64,000 nt of DNA from an uncultured Solirubrobacterales bacterium (GCA_963813805.1 CAWEZZ010000002.1:176558-240557), one strand, 5' to 3'. Counted from the stretch's first letter, positions 20,017 through 30,253 are shown. Translations and numbers: made by a program. Notes: generated from the sequence alone by a model not told the origin.

Positions 20017-21395
20017 ACGAGCTGCTGGCGCTGGGCATCTCCCACAAGACGGCACCCGTGGCACTGCGCGAGCGCCTGGCGTTCACCGAGCGCGAGGCTA
20101 GCGAGTTCGCCAAGGAGGTCACGCAAACCGCCGAGGTGCGCGAGGCGGTCGTGATCTCCACCTGCAACCGCACGGAGGTCTACCTCGTGGTGGGCGACCC
20201 CGTGCGGGCCGAGGGAGACGCGCTGGGCCTGCTCGCCCGGCGTGCCGGCATCCGCCCGACGGAGCTGGCGCAGGAGATCTACTCGCCGCGCAACTGCGAC
20301 GCCGCGCGCCAGCTCTACCGCGTGACCGCCGGGTTGGAGTCGATGATCGTCGGCGAGGCGGAGATTCAGGGTCAGGTCAGGCGCGCGCACGAGGCTGCGA
20401 TGCGGGCGGGCTGCACGGGGCCGTTGTCGAACCGCTTGTTCGCCGCCGCGCTGACCACGGGCAAGCGCGTGCGCTCGGCGACCGGGATCGGCTCCAGCCG
20501 TGTGAGCGTTCCCTCCGTGGCCGTCGACCTCGCGCTGAGCGTGCTCGGGACGCTCGAGAACCGCCACGTCGTCATCCTCGGCGCGGGGGAGACCAGCGAG
20601 CTGACCGCGCGCGCGCTCGCCGACCAGGGCGCCGGCACGATCTTCGTCGCCAACCGCCACGCCGACCGGGCGCTCAGCCTCGCCCAGCGCTTCGGCGGGT
20701 CGGTCGTCGGGCTGGACAAACTGCCCGACCAGCTGGTGCGCGCCGACATCGTCCTGTCCTCGACCTCCTCTCCCCACCCGATCGTCGGCCGCGAGGAGCT
20801 CCAGGTCGTGATGGGAGAGCGCGCGGGACGCCCCTTGCTGCTGGTCGACATTGCGGTGCCGCGCGACATCGACTCGAGCTGCGGCGAGCTGGAGGGCGTG
20901 ACGCTGTACGACATCGACGACCTGCAGGCCGTGGTGGCGCGCAACCTCTCAACGCGCGCCGGCGAGGCGCCCCGCGCGCAGGAGATCGTGGAGGAGGAGA
21001 TCCACCGCTTCGCCCGCTGGCTCGGCCAGCTCGACACGCTGCCCACGGTAAGCGCCCTGCGCGAGCACGGCAACGCCCTTGTGGAGCAGGTGCTGGGCGA
21101 GAACGAGGGGCGCTGGGAGTCGGCCTCGCCCCGCGACCTCGCGCGTATCGAGGCTGTCGCGCATGCGGTGATGAGCAAGCTGCTGCACGAACCAACGATC
21201 CGCCTGCGCAGCCTCTCCAAAGAGCGCGGGCACTCAAGCCTCCAGCTCGTGCGGGAGCTGTTCGGGCTGCGCGAGGACGGGGCCGGCCCGGCGACGGACG
21301 GCGAGGACCGAGCGGAGATAGGCCGGCCGTCGAGCGCGGAGGTCCCGGACAACGTGAGGCCGTTCTCACGCCGCACCCGCGCCGGCGGCTCGTGA
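20013..21395 (+). CDS. hemA: Glutamyl-tRNA reductase
   Basis: HKTAPVALRE, STCNRTE, GEAEIQGQV, GAGE, DIAVPRDID. Confidence 0.97.
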   Translation: MNELLALGISHKTAPVALRERLAFTEREASEFAKEVTQTAEVREAVVISTCNRTEVYLVVGDPVRAEGDALGLLARRAGIRPTELAQEIYSPRNCDAARQLYRVTAGLESMIVGEAEIQGQVRRAHEAAMRAGCTGPLSNRLFAAALTTGKRVRSATGIGSSRVSVPSVAVDLALSVLGTLENRHVVILGAGETSELTARALADQGAGTIFVANRHADRALSLAQRFGGSVVGLDKLPDQLVRADIVLSSTSSPHPIVGREELQVVMGERAGRPLLLVDIAVPRDIDSSCGELEGVTLYDIDDLQAVVARNLSTRAGEAPRAQEIVEEEIHRFARWLGQLDTLPTVSALREHGNALVEQVLGENEGRWESASPRDLARIEAVAHAVMSKLLHEPTIRLRSLSKERGHSSLQLVRELFGLREDGAGPATDGEDRAEIGRPSSAEVPDNVRPFSRRTRAGGS

Positions 21396-21399
21396 CTTA

Positions 21400-21560
21400 G
21401 TGTCATGAGTCAGAAATTCGCTGGCGCTTCCCGGCGCCTGAACGCGCCTGACGCCCGCCGGCATCGGCCATGTGCCACCGGCACACTCACCGACACCGTC
21501 GAACGCCAGACCGCGTCCATCCATCCGGCAAACACCGACCGAATTTCTGACTCAGGACAC
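21400..21560 (+). mobile_element. 161-bp MITE-like element, copy 2
   Basis: TIRs GTGTCATGAGTCAGAAATT / AATTTCTGACTCAGGACAC (1 mismatch), TA flanks; homologous to the reverse complement of 3211-3371. Confidence 0.85.
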
Positions 21561-21569
21561 TAGCGAGCG

Positions 21570-22502
21570 ATGGACCGGCTGCGCATCGGGACCCGCGGGA
21601 GCGCGCTTGCCCGTGCCCAGGCTGATCACGTAAAGGCGCTACTCGTCGAGCGCTGCCCGGAGATGAAGGTCGAGATCGAGGTTCTGCACGTGAGCGGCGA
21701 CGGCGAGAGCAGCACGCCGGATGCGCCCACGGACAAGAGCCGGTGGGTGGACACGATCGAGCAGGCCCTGCTAGCCGGCGAGATCGACCTCGCCGTGCAC
21801 TCGGCCAAGGACGTCCCCGGCGAGCTGGCCGGGGGCCTGGAGCTGTTCGGTGCGCCTCCGCGAGCCCCTGCCGAGGACGTGCTGTGCGGCGCGAGGAGCT
21901 TAGACGCGCTCCCGAAGGGCGCCAGAGTGGGCACCTCGAGCATTCGCCGTGCGGCGCAGCTGCGCACGGCGCGCGAGGACCTGCAGGTGGTGGCGATCGG
22001 CGGCAACGTCGACACGCGCCTGCGCAAGCTTGCGGAGAGCGAGCTTGATGCGATCGTGCTCGCCCGCGCCGGACTACAGCGGCTCGGTCGCGAGGATGCG
22101 CTGGGCGCGGTGCTCGACCTCGCGCGCTTCGTTCCGGCCCCCGGCCAGGGCATCCTCGCGCTGGAGGGACCCGCGGACGACGCGCGTGTGAGGGAGGCGG
22201 TGCAGGGGATCACAGACGCGGATGCGTTCGCATGCTTGCTGGCAGAGCGCGCGGTGGCACACGCCCTCTCGGCCACCTGCCACACGCCGCTCGGCGCGTA
22301 CGCCGTGCCCGCAGGTTGCGGCTGCCTGAACCTGCGCGCGTGGGTCGGGCTGCCCGACGGCTCCATCTGGGTGAGCGATGAGCTGCTTGGCGGCTTCTAC
22401 GACCCCGAGGCACTTGGGCGCCGGGTGGCGGAGCGACTGAACGCGGCCGGCGCCGGGGAGATGCTGCGCAGGGCGGAGGAGATGGCCGTTGAGCACGCCT
22501 GA
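21570..22502 (+). CDS. hemC: Hydroxymethylbilane synthase
   Basis: IGTRGSALA, DLAVHSAKD, VGTSSIRR, GNVDTRLRKL, PAPGQG. Confidence 0.95.
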   Translation: MDRLRIGTRGSALARAQADHVKALLVERCPEMKVEIEVLHVSGDGESSTPDAPTDKSRWVDTIEQALLAGEIDLAVHSAKDVPGELAGGLELFGAPPRAPAEDVLCGARSLDALPKGARVGTSSIRRAAQLRTAREDLQVVAIGGNVDTRLRKLAESELDAIVLARAGLQRLGREDALGAVLDLARFVPAPGQGILALEGPADDARVREAVQGITDADAFACLLAERAVAHALSATCHTPLGAYAVPAGCGCLNLRAWVGLPDGSIWVSDELLGGFYDPEALGRRVAERLNAAGAGEMLRRAEEMAVEHA

Positions 22503-24147
22503 GAGCCTCGGTCGCGTCCACCTCGTGGGCGCCGGCCCGGGGGACCCCGGCCTGCTCACGGCACGCGCGCTGGAGCTGATCGCGGGGGCGGACGTGATCT
22601 TGTACGACCGCCTGATCGGAGCGCCGGCGCTCGACGGTGCGCGGGCGGATGCGGAGCTGTTGTTCGTCGGTAAGGAGGGCGGAGGAGCGTCCGTCCCCCA
22701 GGAGCAGACCGAGGCGCTGATGGTGCAGCGTGCCCGGGCCGGCAAGACGGTCGTGCGCCTGAAGGGCGGCGACCCGTTCGTGTTCGGCCGCGGCGGCGAG
22801 GAGGCGTTGACGCTGCTTGCGGCGGGCATTCCCTTCGAGGTGGTTCCGGGCGTCACCGCGGGCGTCGCTGCCCCAGCCTATGCGGGCATCCCCGTGACCC
22901 ATCGCGGGCTCGCAAGCGCAGTGGCGCTCGTCACCGGGCACCCCCGCGCGGATACCTCCCCGGACGCGCCGGTCGAGGGACCAGAGGCCGGGGAATCTGA
23001 GGGAGAGGAGACGGACCTCGACTGGTCGGCGCTGGCGGCGTTCCCGGGGACGCTCGTGTTCTACATGGGGGTGCGCCAGCTGGCCCACATCGCCGCGTCG
23101 CTGATCGCCGCCGGCCGCCCCGCGTCTGAGCCCGCGGCGGTCGTAGAGCGCGGCACGCTCCCCGGCCAGCGCACCGTGACGGGCACCTTGAAGACCATCG
23201 CCGAGCGCGCGGGGCAGAGGGGGATCCGCCCTCCCTCGATCACCGTAGTGGGCGCGGTGGCGAAGCTCGCCGATCAGCTCTCCTGGCAGCCCCCGCATCC
23301 GCTGGGCGGACGCACGGTGGCGGTCACGCGCGCGCGCGCGCAGGCCAGCGAGCTGGCGCGGCGGCTGGAAGCGTTGGGCGCGACGGTGGTGCAGGCGCCC
23401 GCGATTCGCACCCAACCGCTGGACGGCCCGCCGCTGGATCCCTCGCCGTATGACCTCGTCTGCCTCACAAGTCCCAACGGGGTAGCCGCGCTGTTCGAAC
23501 GCCTCGCCGCCGGCGGGCGCGACGCGCGCGCGCTGTCCGGCGTGCGCGTGGCGACGATCGGCCCCGGTAGCGCCCGCGCGCTGGCCGAGCACGGGATCGT
23601 CGCCGACATCGTGCCCGAGCGCTCTGTAGCCGAGGCGCTGGTGGAGGCACTCGCCGACGTGCCGGTCAGCCGCGCGCTGGTCGCGCGGGCGCGCGAGGCA
23701 CGCGACGTGCTCCCTGAGGCCCTGCGGGCGCGCGGCGTGGAGGTGGACGTGCTGGCGCTGTATGAGACGCTCGCCGAACCTCTCTCCGCCCGCGCGCTGC
23801 GGGAGGCGAGCGCGGCCGACTACATCATCTTCACCTCATCCTCGACCGTGCGCTTCTTCCTGGAGGCTGCGCACGTCACGAGTGCCCGGGAAGGCGGCGA
23901 CGCAGCGACGGGCACCCCCACCGAGGATGCGAACGCAGGCCTGTCATCTGACGCAGCGGCGGGCACCCCCACCGAGGATGCGGACGCAGGCCTGTCATCT
24001 GAGACGCGCATCGTCTCCATCGGCCCGGTCACGAGCGAGACGCTGCGCGAACACGGCCTGGAGCCCCACGTGGAGGCCGAGCGCCACGACATCGACGGTG
24101 TCATCGACGCGCTGCTGGCTGATGCGGCGACGCGCCGGGGAGATTGA
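22489..24147 (+). CDS. cobA: Uroporphyrinogen-III C-methyltransferase / synthase fusion (CobA-HemD)
   Basis: VGAGPGDPGLLT, RLKGGDPFVFGRGGEE; C-terminal TSPNGV, FTSSSTV, SIGPVT. Confidence 0.93.
   Translation: MSTPESLGRVHLVGAGPGDPGLLTARALELIAGADVILYDRLIGAPALDGARADAELLFVGKEGGGASVPQEQTEALMVQRARAGKTVVRLKGGDPFVFGRGGEEALTLLAAGIPFEVVPGVTAGVAAPAYAGIPVTHRGLASAVALVTGHPRADTSPDAPVEGPEAGESEGEETDLDWSALAAFPGTLVFYMGVRQLAHIAASLIAAGRPASEPAAVVERGTLPGQRTVTGTLKTIAERAGQRGIRPPSITVVGAVAKLADQLSWQPPHPLGGRTVAVTRARAQASELARRLEALGATVVQAPAIRTQPLDGPPLDPSPYDLVCLTSPNGVAALFERLAAGGRDARALSGVRVATIGPGSARALAEHGIVADIVPERSVAEALVEALADVPVSRALVARAREARDVLPEALRARGVEVDVLALYETLAEPLSARALREASAADYIIFTSSSTVRFFLEAAHVTSAREGGDAATGTPTEDANAGLSSDAAAGTPTEDADAGLSSETRIVSIGPVTSETLREHGLEPHVEAERHDIDGVIDALLADAATRRGD
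23899..24000. repeat. 51-bp in-frame tandem duplication in the HemD domain
   Basis: DAATGTPTEDANAGLSS / DAAAGTPTEDADAGLSS. Confidence 0.85.
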
Positions 24148-24976
24148 GTGTCGTCCCCGGCGATCGGCCTCCCCTCGCTCGGCCTCCCCTCGCTCGGCCT
24201 CCCCTCGCTCGGCCGGCCGCGGGTGCATCTGCGCAGCACCGACTCGACCAACGACCGCGCGCGCGAGCTGGCGATGGCGGGGGCGCCGCACGGAACGCTC
24301 GTCACCGCCGCCGAGCAGACGGCTGGGCGCGGACGCCAGGGCCGGCGCTGGTCGGCACCCGCGGGCAGCTCGCTGCTGATGTCGCTCCTCCTACGAACCA
24401 GCCCTCCTGGCTGCGTGCCCCCCACCACCGGCTCTGCCGGCGGTGGGGCCGATAGGTCGCTGCTGCTACTGCCGCTGATCGCCGCCGTCGCGGTCTGCGA
24501 CGTCGCGGGGGAGAAGGCCCGAATCAAGTGGCCAAACGACGTCGTCACGGTTCAGCCGAAGGGCTTGGCCAAGCTCGCGGGGATCCTCACCGAGGGACGC
24601 CTCCAGCAGGGCTGGGCCGTGCTCGGCATTGGCCTGAACGTCGCTGTCCGACTGGAGGACCTGCCTACGGAGCTGCGCTCTAAGGCTGCGACGCTCGGCG
24701 AGCCCTCAGAGGAGATCGAGCCGACGCTGGAGCGGCTCTTACGCGCCCTGGAGCAGCGTCTTTTAGAGCCGGCCAGAGGCGACGCTCATCGCGTGGCGCT
24801 CACGCGATGCGCTGCGTGGACGGAACATCGCCTGGGCCGGAGGGCAAGGTCAGGCGATGGGGATCGACGGGACCGGGCGACTGGTCGTCGCCCTCGCCGA
24901 CGGTGGTCATGCGACCCTCGCAGCGGGGGAGGTTCACCTGGAAGACGTTGGCCGTCAGCCCTCAACGCCGCCATGA
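24148..24976 (+). CDS. birA: Biotin-[acetyl-CoA carboxylase] ligase, apparent frameshift near 24772
   Basis: STDSTN, QTAGRGRQGRRW, KWPND, KLAGIL; the typical C-terminus (GIDGTGRLVV...AGEV) continues in another frame to TGA 24976. Confidence 0.88.
24164..24214. repeat. 15-bp tandem repeat, 3 copies (GLPSL) at the BirA N-terminus
   Basis: TCGGCCTCCCCTCGC x3. Confidence 0.85.
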
Positions 24977-25009
24977 ACGATCGGCCTTGAGGGACCCGCG
25001 CCGTTTGCG

Positions 25010-27685
25010 TCACCCTTCTGGCCCTTCCGCCGCCGCCGGGCGTTGCGGGCACGGCGCTTGGGGAAGTTGCGCAGCAGCTCGCGCGCCAGCGCCGGGCGGC
25101 TTGCGCGCCATCCGCGTGCGCGCCCCGCGCAGCGCCTCCTCGGCCTCGGGAGTGTGCGCGAGCGCGGCGGCCAGCAGCGCCGCGGCCAGCCGGCGGTCCT
25201 GCTTGCGTGCCGCGTGGATCAAACGCCGCGCGTTGCGTGCGTGCGCCCCTCCGGCCGAGTTGACCAGCAGGCCGAGCAGCCGCTTGGTCTCCGGCCAGCG
25301 CTGCACCGCATACTCCTCATGCACGTCGCGCGTGTACTCCGCCAGGCGCCAGATCCAGGCGTTGGCCTGGTCGCGCCTGCCGATCCGCCGCTCGACCAGC
25401 GCGCGCAGCATGATCTTGGTCGCCTCCTTGCGCTCCTCGCGCGGCCAGCCGCCGATGATGTCGATCGCCGTATCGAACACGTCGGACGGATCGGAGATCG
25501 TCCAGCCCGACGCGGCGATGTCCGTCAGCGCGCGCAGCCGCAGCTGCGGGTTTTTGTTGCGTTCCACCGCGGTGATCAAAAAGCGGCTCTTCAGCTCGCC
25601 CGTGCGGTCGAAGTGCAGCATCGCCCGCGCCCTGCGCCAGCCAGCCGGCGCGACGCGCGCGCCGGCAAGCGCCGACCACTGGATCTGCTCGCCGTAGTCG
25701 AGCTGCTCGACCGCGATCCGCCACAGCTCGCGCTCGAAGACCTCAACCCGGCGATCCTCATCGGCAGTCACGGGGATGACGCGCCGCTCGACCCGCATTC
25801 TGCGCCCACGCCCACGCCGCACCGGGCCGACGACGATCGCCCCCCCGCGGTAGACGTCGCGGTCCAGCAGCGAGTGCAGCGTGACGACCGGGTCGTCGTT
25901 CTTCGTCGCCGGATGGACGAAGTCGACGACCAGCCCCGCCTCCTTGCCCGGATGGCGGCGGGTAACGCGCCCCACCCGCTGCTGATAGATGCGCTTGGAC
26001 GCGGTCGGCGCCAGGTGCACGCACACGGTCGCCCGCGGGCTGTTCCAGCCCTCGGCCAAGAGCTGCGCGTTGATCAGCACGTCGATGTCACCGCGCTCGT
26101 AGCGCGCGAGGACCTCGGCCAGCTCGCGCTTGGGGGTCTCCCCTGAGACACCCTGAGCCTTGATCCCCTCCGCGCGGAATGCCTCGGCGAGGTTGTACGC
26201 GTGCCGCACGCCCGCGGCGTAAACCACGCCGGGCACCCCGTTGAAGCGCGTCTTGTAGAGGTTCGCGGCGGCGAGGTTGAACGGCTGCTGGTCGAGCAGT
26301 TTCGCCAGCTCATCCTGGTCGAACTCCGTATCCACCTCGCCCCGGCGCAGCGGCACCTTCGCGATCGTGCGCACTCCCACTCCGGGCGAGATGCGCACGC
26401 AACGCAGCGGCGCGATCACACCGCGCCGCGCCGCCTGCGCGAGGTCAAAGCGCGAGGTCTGCGTCGGGAATAGGTCGGTGACATGCCGCGCGATCAACGC
26501 CCCGGTGGCGGTCATCCCGATGAAGATCGGCCCCGTCCACTCCCGGATCGCGCCGCTCGTCTTCTCCCCCAATGCCGTATGCGCCTCGTCGCAGATGACG
26601 ATCGTGTAGGCGCTCGAGATCTTCCCCGCGTTACGCACGAACCACTGGTAGGTCTCGACGGTCACCGGGCCCTTGACCGCGTCCTGTCCCTTCAGCAGCG
26701 CGGGGCTGATGCGCTTGGAGTACCCACGGTCGCGCAGCTCCGCATGGAACTGGTCGACCAGGTTGCGCCGATGGGTCAGGATCAGCACCCCACCGGTCTG
26801 CGACGCCTCGACGAACCCGAGCGCCGCCACGGTCTTGCCCGCGCCGGTCGCGTGCTCGAACCAGAAGCGCTTGGCCGCATTGGGGTCCTCGGGCTGCTCG
26901 GCCAGCGATCCCTCGTCCTCGCCCTCCTCGTCTTCGACCCAGTCGCGGGGCTCCTCCTCTGAGTCGCTCTGTAGCTCGGGCTCCTCCTCGAGCTCCTCCT
27001 CCCCCTCCTCGGCGATCAGCTCGACTTCGTCGCCTTCCTCATCGTCGTCCTCATCGTCCTCATCGGGAGCGGCGCGCTGGATGGGGCCCAGGTCCTCGTC
27101 GTCCTCGTCGTCCTCATCGTCGTCCTCGTCCTCGTCGTCCTCATCTTCGTCCTCGAACTCATCCTCCTCGTCCTCCCCGCCCGCGGAGTCGAGGTCCGCG
27201 ACTGGCCGAGCCGCGGTCTCGGAGTGATTCGCCGGCACGACATCGTCGGGACCGAGGATGTCGGCACTGGCCAGCAGCTCGGGTGAAGCCGAGGCGGCGG
27301 CTCGGCCGTTGCCATTTGAGGTGGCGCGCTGCGCCTCGGCCAGGAGCGCCGTGAGCGTGCCTGATAGGGCATCGACCTGGTGGGCCGAGAGCACGGTGCC
27401 GTCCGCCAGCTTGGGCTCCGAATCCGACAGCAGCCGCTCCAGCCCCAACAGCAACGAGAATTCCCGGCGCCACGCGGTCGAGGGATGCTTGGTCTTGGGA
27501 TCCGAGTCCAGCTCTTCGAGCGCCCAATCGAGCGCCCGCCTGCGCGGGCTGCCGGCGGCGAGCGCGATCGCGGGATCCTCGCCGGGGTGCACGAAACGCT
27601 CGCGCACGAGCTTTTCCGCGCGTGCGATATCGGCGGAACTTGGAATGGGCGCGGCCGCGAGGGCCACTGGAGTGGGCTCGGCCAT
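25010..27685 (-). CDS. SF2 DEAD/DEAH-box helicase (ResIII-like) with a long acidic insertion; true C-terminus probably frameshifted to 24955
   Basis: ATGAGKT, DEAH, MTAT, LAEGWN, QRVGRVTR motifs. Confidence 0.88.
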   Translation of the reverse strand: MAEPTPVALAAAPIPSSADIARAEKLVRERFVHPGEDPAIALAAGSPRRRALDWALEELDSDPKTKHPSTAWRREFSLLLGLERLLSDSEPKLADGTVLSAHQVDALSGTLTALLAEAQRATSNGNGRAAASASPELLASADILGPDDVVPANHSETAARPVADLDSAGGEDEEDEFEDEDEDDEDEDDDEDDEDDEDLGPIQRAAPDEDDEDDDEEGDEVELIAEEGEEELEEEPELQSDSEEEPRDWVEDEEGEDEGSLAEQPEDPNAAKRFWFEHATGAGKTVAALGFVEASQTGGVLILTHRRNLVDQFHAELRDRGYSKRISPALLKGQDAVKGPVTVETYQWFVRNAGKISSAYTIVICDEAHTALGEKTSGAIREWTGPIFIGMTATGALIARHVTDLFPTQTSRFDLAQAARRGVIAPLRCVRISPGVGVRTIAKVPLRRGEVDTEFDQDELAKLLDQQPFNLAAANLYKTRFNGVPGVVYAAGVRHAYNLAEAFRAEGIKAQGVSGETPKRELAEVLARYERGDIDVLINAQLLAEGWNSPRATVCVHLAPTASKRIYQQRVGRVTRRHPGKEAGLVVDFVHPATKNDDPVVTLHSLLDRDVYRGGAIVVGPVRRGRGRRMRVERRVIPVTADEDRRVEVFERELWRIAVEQLDYGEQIQWSALAGARVAPAGWRRARAMLHFDRTGELKSRFLITAVERNKNPQLRLRALTDIAASGWTISDPSDVFDTAIDIIGGWPREERKEATKIMLRALVERRIGRRDQANAWIWRLAEYTRDVHEEYAVQRWPETKRLLGLLVNSAGGAHARNARRLIHAARKQDRRLAAALLAAALAHTPEAEEALRGARTRMARKPPGAGARAAAQLPQAPCPQRPAAAEGPEG

Positions 27686-27837
27686 TGAGGCTCTGGACTT
27701 CGAGACGGAGCCGCCGCAGAAAGTGGCTTCAGCGTGGCTCGGAACTGCCGGCGCTCAACCGGCACCGTTTGCCGGATGCTCAGAGCGATCCGGTCCTGAC
27801 GTGTCTTGCAGGATATAGCACGTCCGAGCAGGATTGA

Positions 27838-27931
27838 AGTGGGCATGCGCATCCGCGCCCCAGTGGGCATGCTCATCCGCGCCCCAGTGGGCATGCGCGT
27901 CCGCGCCCATTGTCGTCGTCATCCGCGCCCA
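27838..27931. repeat. 24-bp tandem repeat, 3 copies plus partial (AGTGGGCATGCGCATCCGCGCCCC), in a divergent intergenic region
   Basis: Seen directly. Confidence 0.85.
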
Positions 27932-28006
27932 TTTGTCGTCGAGTACGCGCCTGCACAATTGTCGAGACGCGTTTGCGGCGCTCGTCATCTGCCACCCTTA
28001 TCGACG

Positions 28007-28603
28007 ATGTCTGTGAAACGTGTGTCGATCGTGCTGGGCGGGGTGGCTCTCGTCGTGCTGCTCGCCGTCGGGCTCGTCCAGCTGGCAGAGCTCCACGCGC
28101 GCGCCAGCCGAAGCGCCGTTGAGGCTCACGCTCGCCCAGATGCGGACTCGCCTGACCGGCTCCCCGGCGCCGCTGGCCGCGCTGCACGCGCAAGCGGATG
28201 AGCTCCTGCCCGGCGGGACAGGCGCCCTACGGGCACGCCTGGCGGCGCTGCGCGGCCGCCCGGTCGTGATCAACAAGTGGGCCTCCTGGTGTGAGCCGTG
28301 CCGCGCGGAGCTCGGCGCCTTCCAGCGCGCCTCGGTGAACCTCGGCCGCGTGGTGGCGTTTATCGGGATCGACTCCGGCGACTCCAGGCGCGCTGAGGCC
28401 CTGCACTTCCTGCGCGCCTTCCCCGTGAGCTACCCGAGCTACTACGACCAGAGCGCCACGCTCGGCTTCGCGATCACCGACTCTCGTTCACGCCGGTCAC
28501 CGTCTTCTACGACCGCCACGGCGGGCAGTACATCCACCAGGGCCCCTACCCGAGCCAGGCCAAGCTCGAACAGGACGTCCGGCGCTACGCGCTGGACGCT
28601 TGA
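28007..28603 (+). CDS. TlpA/CcmG-like membrane-anchored thiol-disulfide oxidoreductase, with two apparent frameshifts (~28088, ~28484)
   Basis: N-terminal TM in one frame, VVINKWASWCEPC in a second, FTPVTVFYDRHG...QGPY to TGA 28603 in a third. Confidence 0.78.
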
Positions 28604-28606
28604 CCC

Positions 28607-29587
28607 TTGCCCGAGATCCGGATCGACCCGCTGAGCGGGCACCGCACGATCGTCGCCGGCGAGCGCTCGCGACGGCCCGGCGGAGAGCCCTCCTGCGCGC
28701 CACCGGAGCCGATCGACCCCGCGCGCGATCCCTTCGCCGAGGGCCACGAGGAGCGCACACCGCCCGAGCTGTACGCGCTGCGCCCGGACGGAGGCCCACC
28801 CAACTCCCCCGGCTGGACCGTGCGCGTCGTTCCCAACCTGTACCCCGCGCTCGCGCCCGACGCCGGGGAGCCCGAGCGTCGCGGCGACTCCGAGCTGCTC
28901 CTCGCGCTGCCCGCCACGGGCGCGCACGAGGTGATCGTCAACGGACCCCAACCGGTGCTCTCGCTGGCCGAGCTACCGGTCGAGCAGGTGGCCGCGGCGG
29001 TCGAGGTGTGGCGCGCGCGCATGCGCGCGCATGCCGACGCCGCATACGTACAGCTGATCGTCAACGAGCGCCACGAGGCCGGCGCCTCGCTGCCCCACAC
29101 CCACGCCCAGCTCTACGCGCTGGACTTCGTCCCTGCCGACATCGCCCGCGAGCGTGAGCGCGCGGGCGCCTACACCACACGCACGATGGGCCACACCCTC
29201 CTGGAGGACCTGATCGCCGAGGAGGTCCGTCACGGCGAGCGGATCGTCGCGATCGACGAGCAGGCGGTGCTGATGGCCCCATACGGTTCGCGGGTGCCTT
29301 TCCAGTTGATGCTCGCCCCGCGGGCGCCGCGCCCGCGTTTCGAGGATGACGGGCCCTCGGGCGCGGCACTCCTGCACGACGGACTATGCCGCCTGGCCCG
29401 CCATTTCGGGTCGAGCCCACCGTTGAACCTGTGGATCCGCACCGCCCCACGCGGGGCCGAGCACTTCTGCTGGCGGATCGACGTGCTCCCGCGCCTCACC
29501 CATCTGGCCGGGCTCGAGCTGTCCACCGGCGTGAACCTGAACATCGTCGCACCCGAGCACGCGGCGGCGCTACTGCGCGAAGCGTAG
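28607..29587 (+). CDS. galT: Galactose-1-phosphate uridylyltransferase-like protein
   Basis: EIRIDPL, ERSRRP, VRVVPNLYPAL, GAHEVIV, GASLPHTHAQ, AGLELSTG. Confidence 0.85.
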   Translation: MPEIRIDPLSGHRTIVAGERSRRPGGEPSCAPPEPIDPARDPFAEGHEERTPPELYALRPDGGPPNSPGWTVRVVPNLYPALAPDAGEPERRGDSELLLALPATGAHEVIVNGPQPVLSLAELPVEQVAAAVEVWRARMRAHADAAYVQLIVNERHEAGASLPHTHAQLYALDFVPADIARERERAGAYTTRTMGHTLLEDLIAEEVRHGERIVAIDEQAVLMAPYGSRVPFQLMLAPRAPRPRFEDDGPSGAALLHDGLCRLARHFGSSPPLNLWIRTAPRGAEHFCWRIDVLPRLTHLAGLELSTGVNLNIVAPEHAAALLREA

Positions 29588-29602
29588 GTAGGCTGCCGGT
29601 GG

Positions 29603-30253
29603 ATGCCTCCTGAGGAACGCTTCCTCCCCCGCTTCGCCGCCGAGCCCCCACAGGAGGAGCTGCCTTACGGCCGCTGGGAGGAGCGGCTGCGCGAACAGTT
29701 CCTCGCCGCCTGTCTTGGCCTGGAGGACGAGCGGGAGGAACTCGGCGAGCCGGGCGAGATTCGGTGGTACCCGGACCGCACATGGCACGGGCGCACCTAC
29801 GTGCCCGGGACATCGATCACGACCAACGGCTACGAGCTGTTCGGCTACGTGCGGTTTGTCCCGGCGGTCAACGACGGCGACCCGAGCGACTTCTCGGCGC
29901 ACGTCGACTTCACCGAGGAGACGGCCGAGAAGAACCCGGACTGGAAGCTCGACATCTGCGACGAGGTGATCGGGGTCTGGCGCGGCCACTCCGGCGCTGT
30001 GGCCATGATGACGCTCGTGTGGGGGCGCCCGCTCGTCTCCGGCGGTGGCATCGTGACCGCCGAGCTGGCCGACCTGGCGGTCGATCAGTGCGAGCTGATC
30101 GAGGAGCGCTTTACCTTGATCGCCCCGGATGACTACCGCCACGACCTATTGGAGATCAAGCTGTTCGACGCCAAGGGCCGGGAGCTGGCGCGGGAGTCGC
30201 TTTATGCGGGAGAGGAGGGGGCCGAGGAGAGGGAGGAGGCCACGGAGGAATAG
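29603..30253 (+). CDS. Hypothetical protein (acidic)
   Basis: Strong GC3 codon bias; co-oriented directly after galT. Confidence 0.75.
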   Translation: MPPEERFLPRFAAEPPQEELPYGRWEERLREQFLAACLGLEDEREELGEPGEIRWYPDRTWHGRTYVPGTSITTNGYELFGYVRFVPAVNDGDPSDFSAHVDFTEETAEKNPDWKLDICDEVIGVWRGHSGAVAMMTLVWGRPLVSGGGIVTAELADLAVDQCELIEERFTLIAPDDYRHDLLEIKLFDAKGRELARESLYAGEEGAEEREEATEE

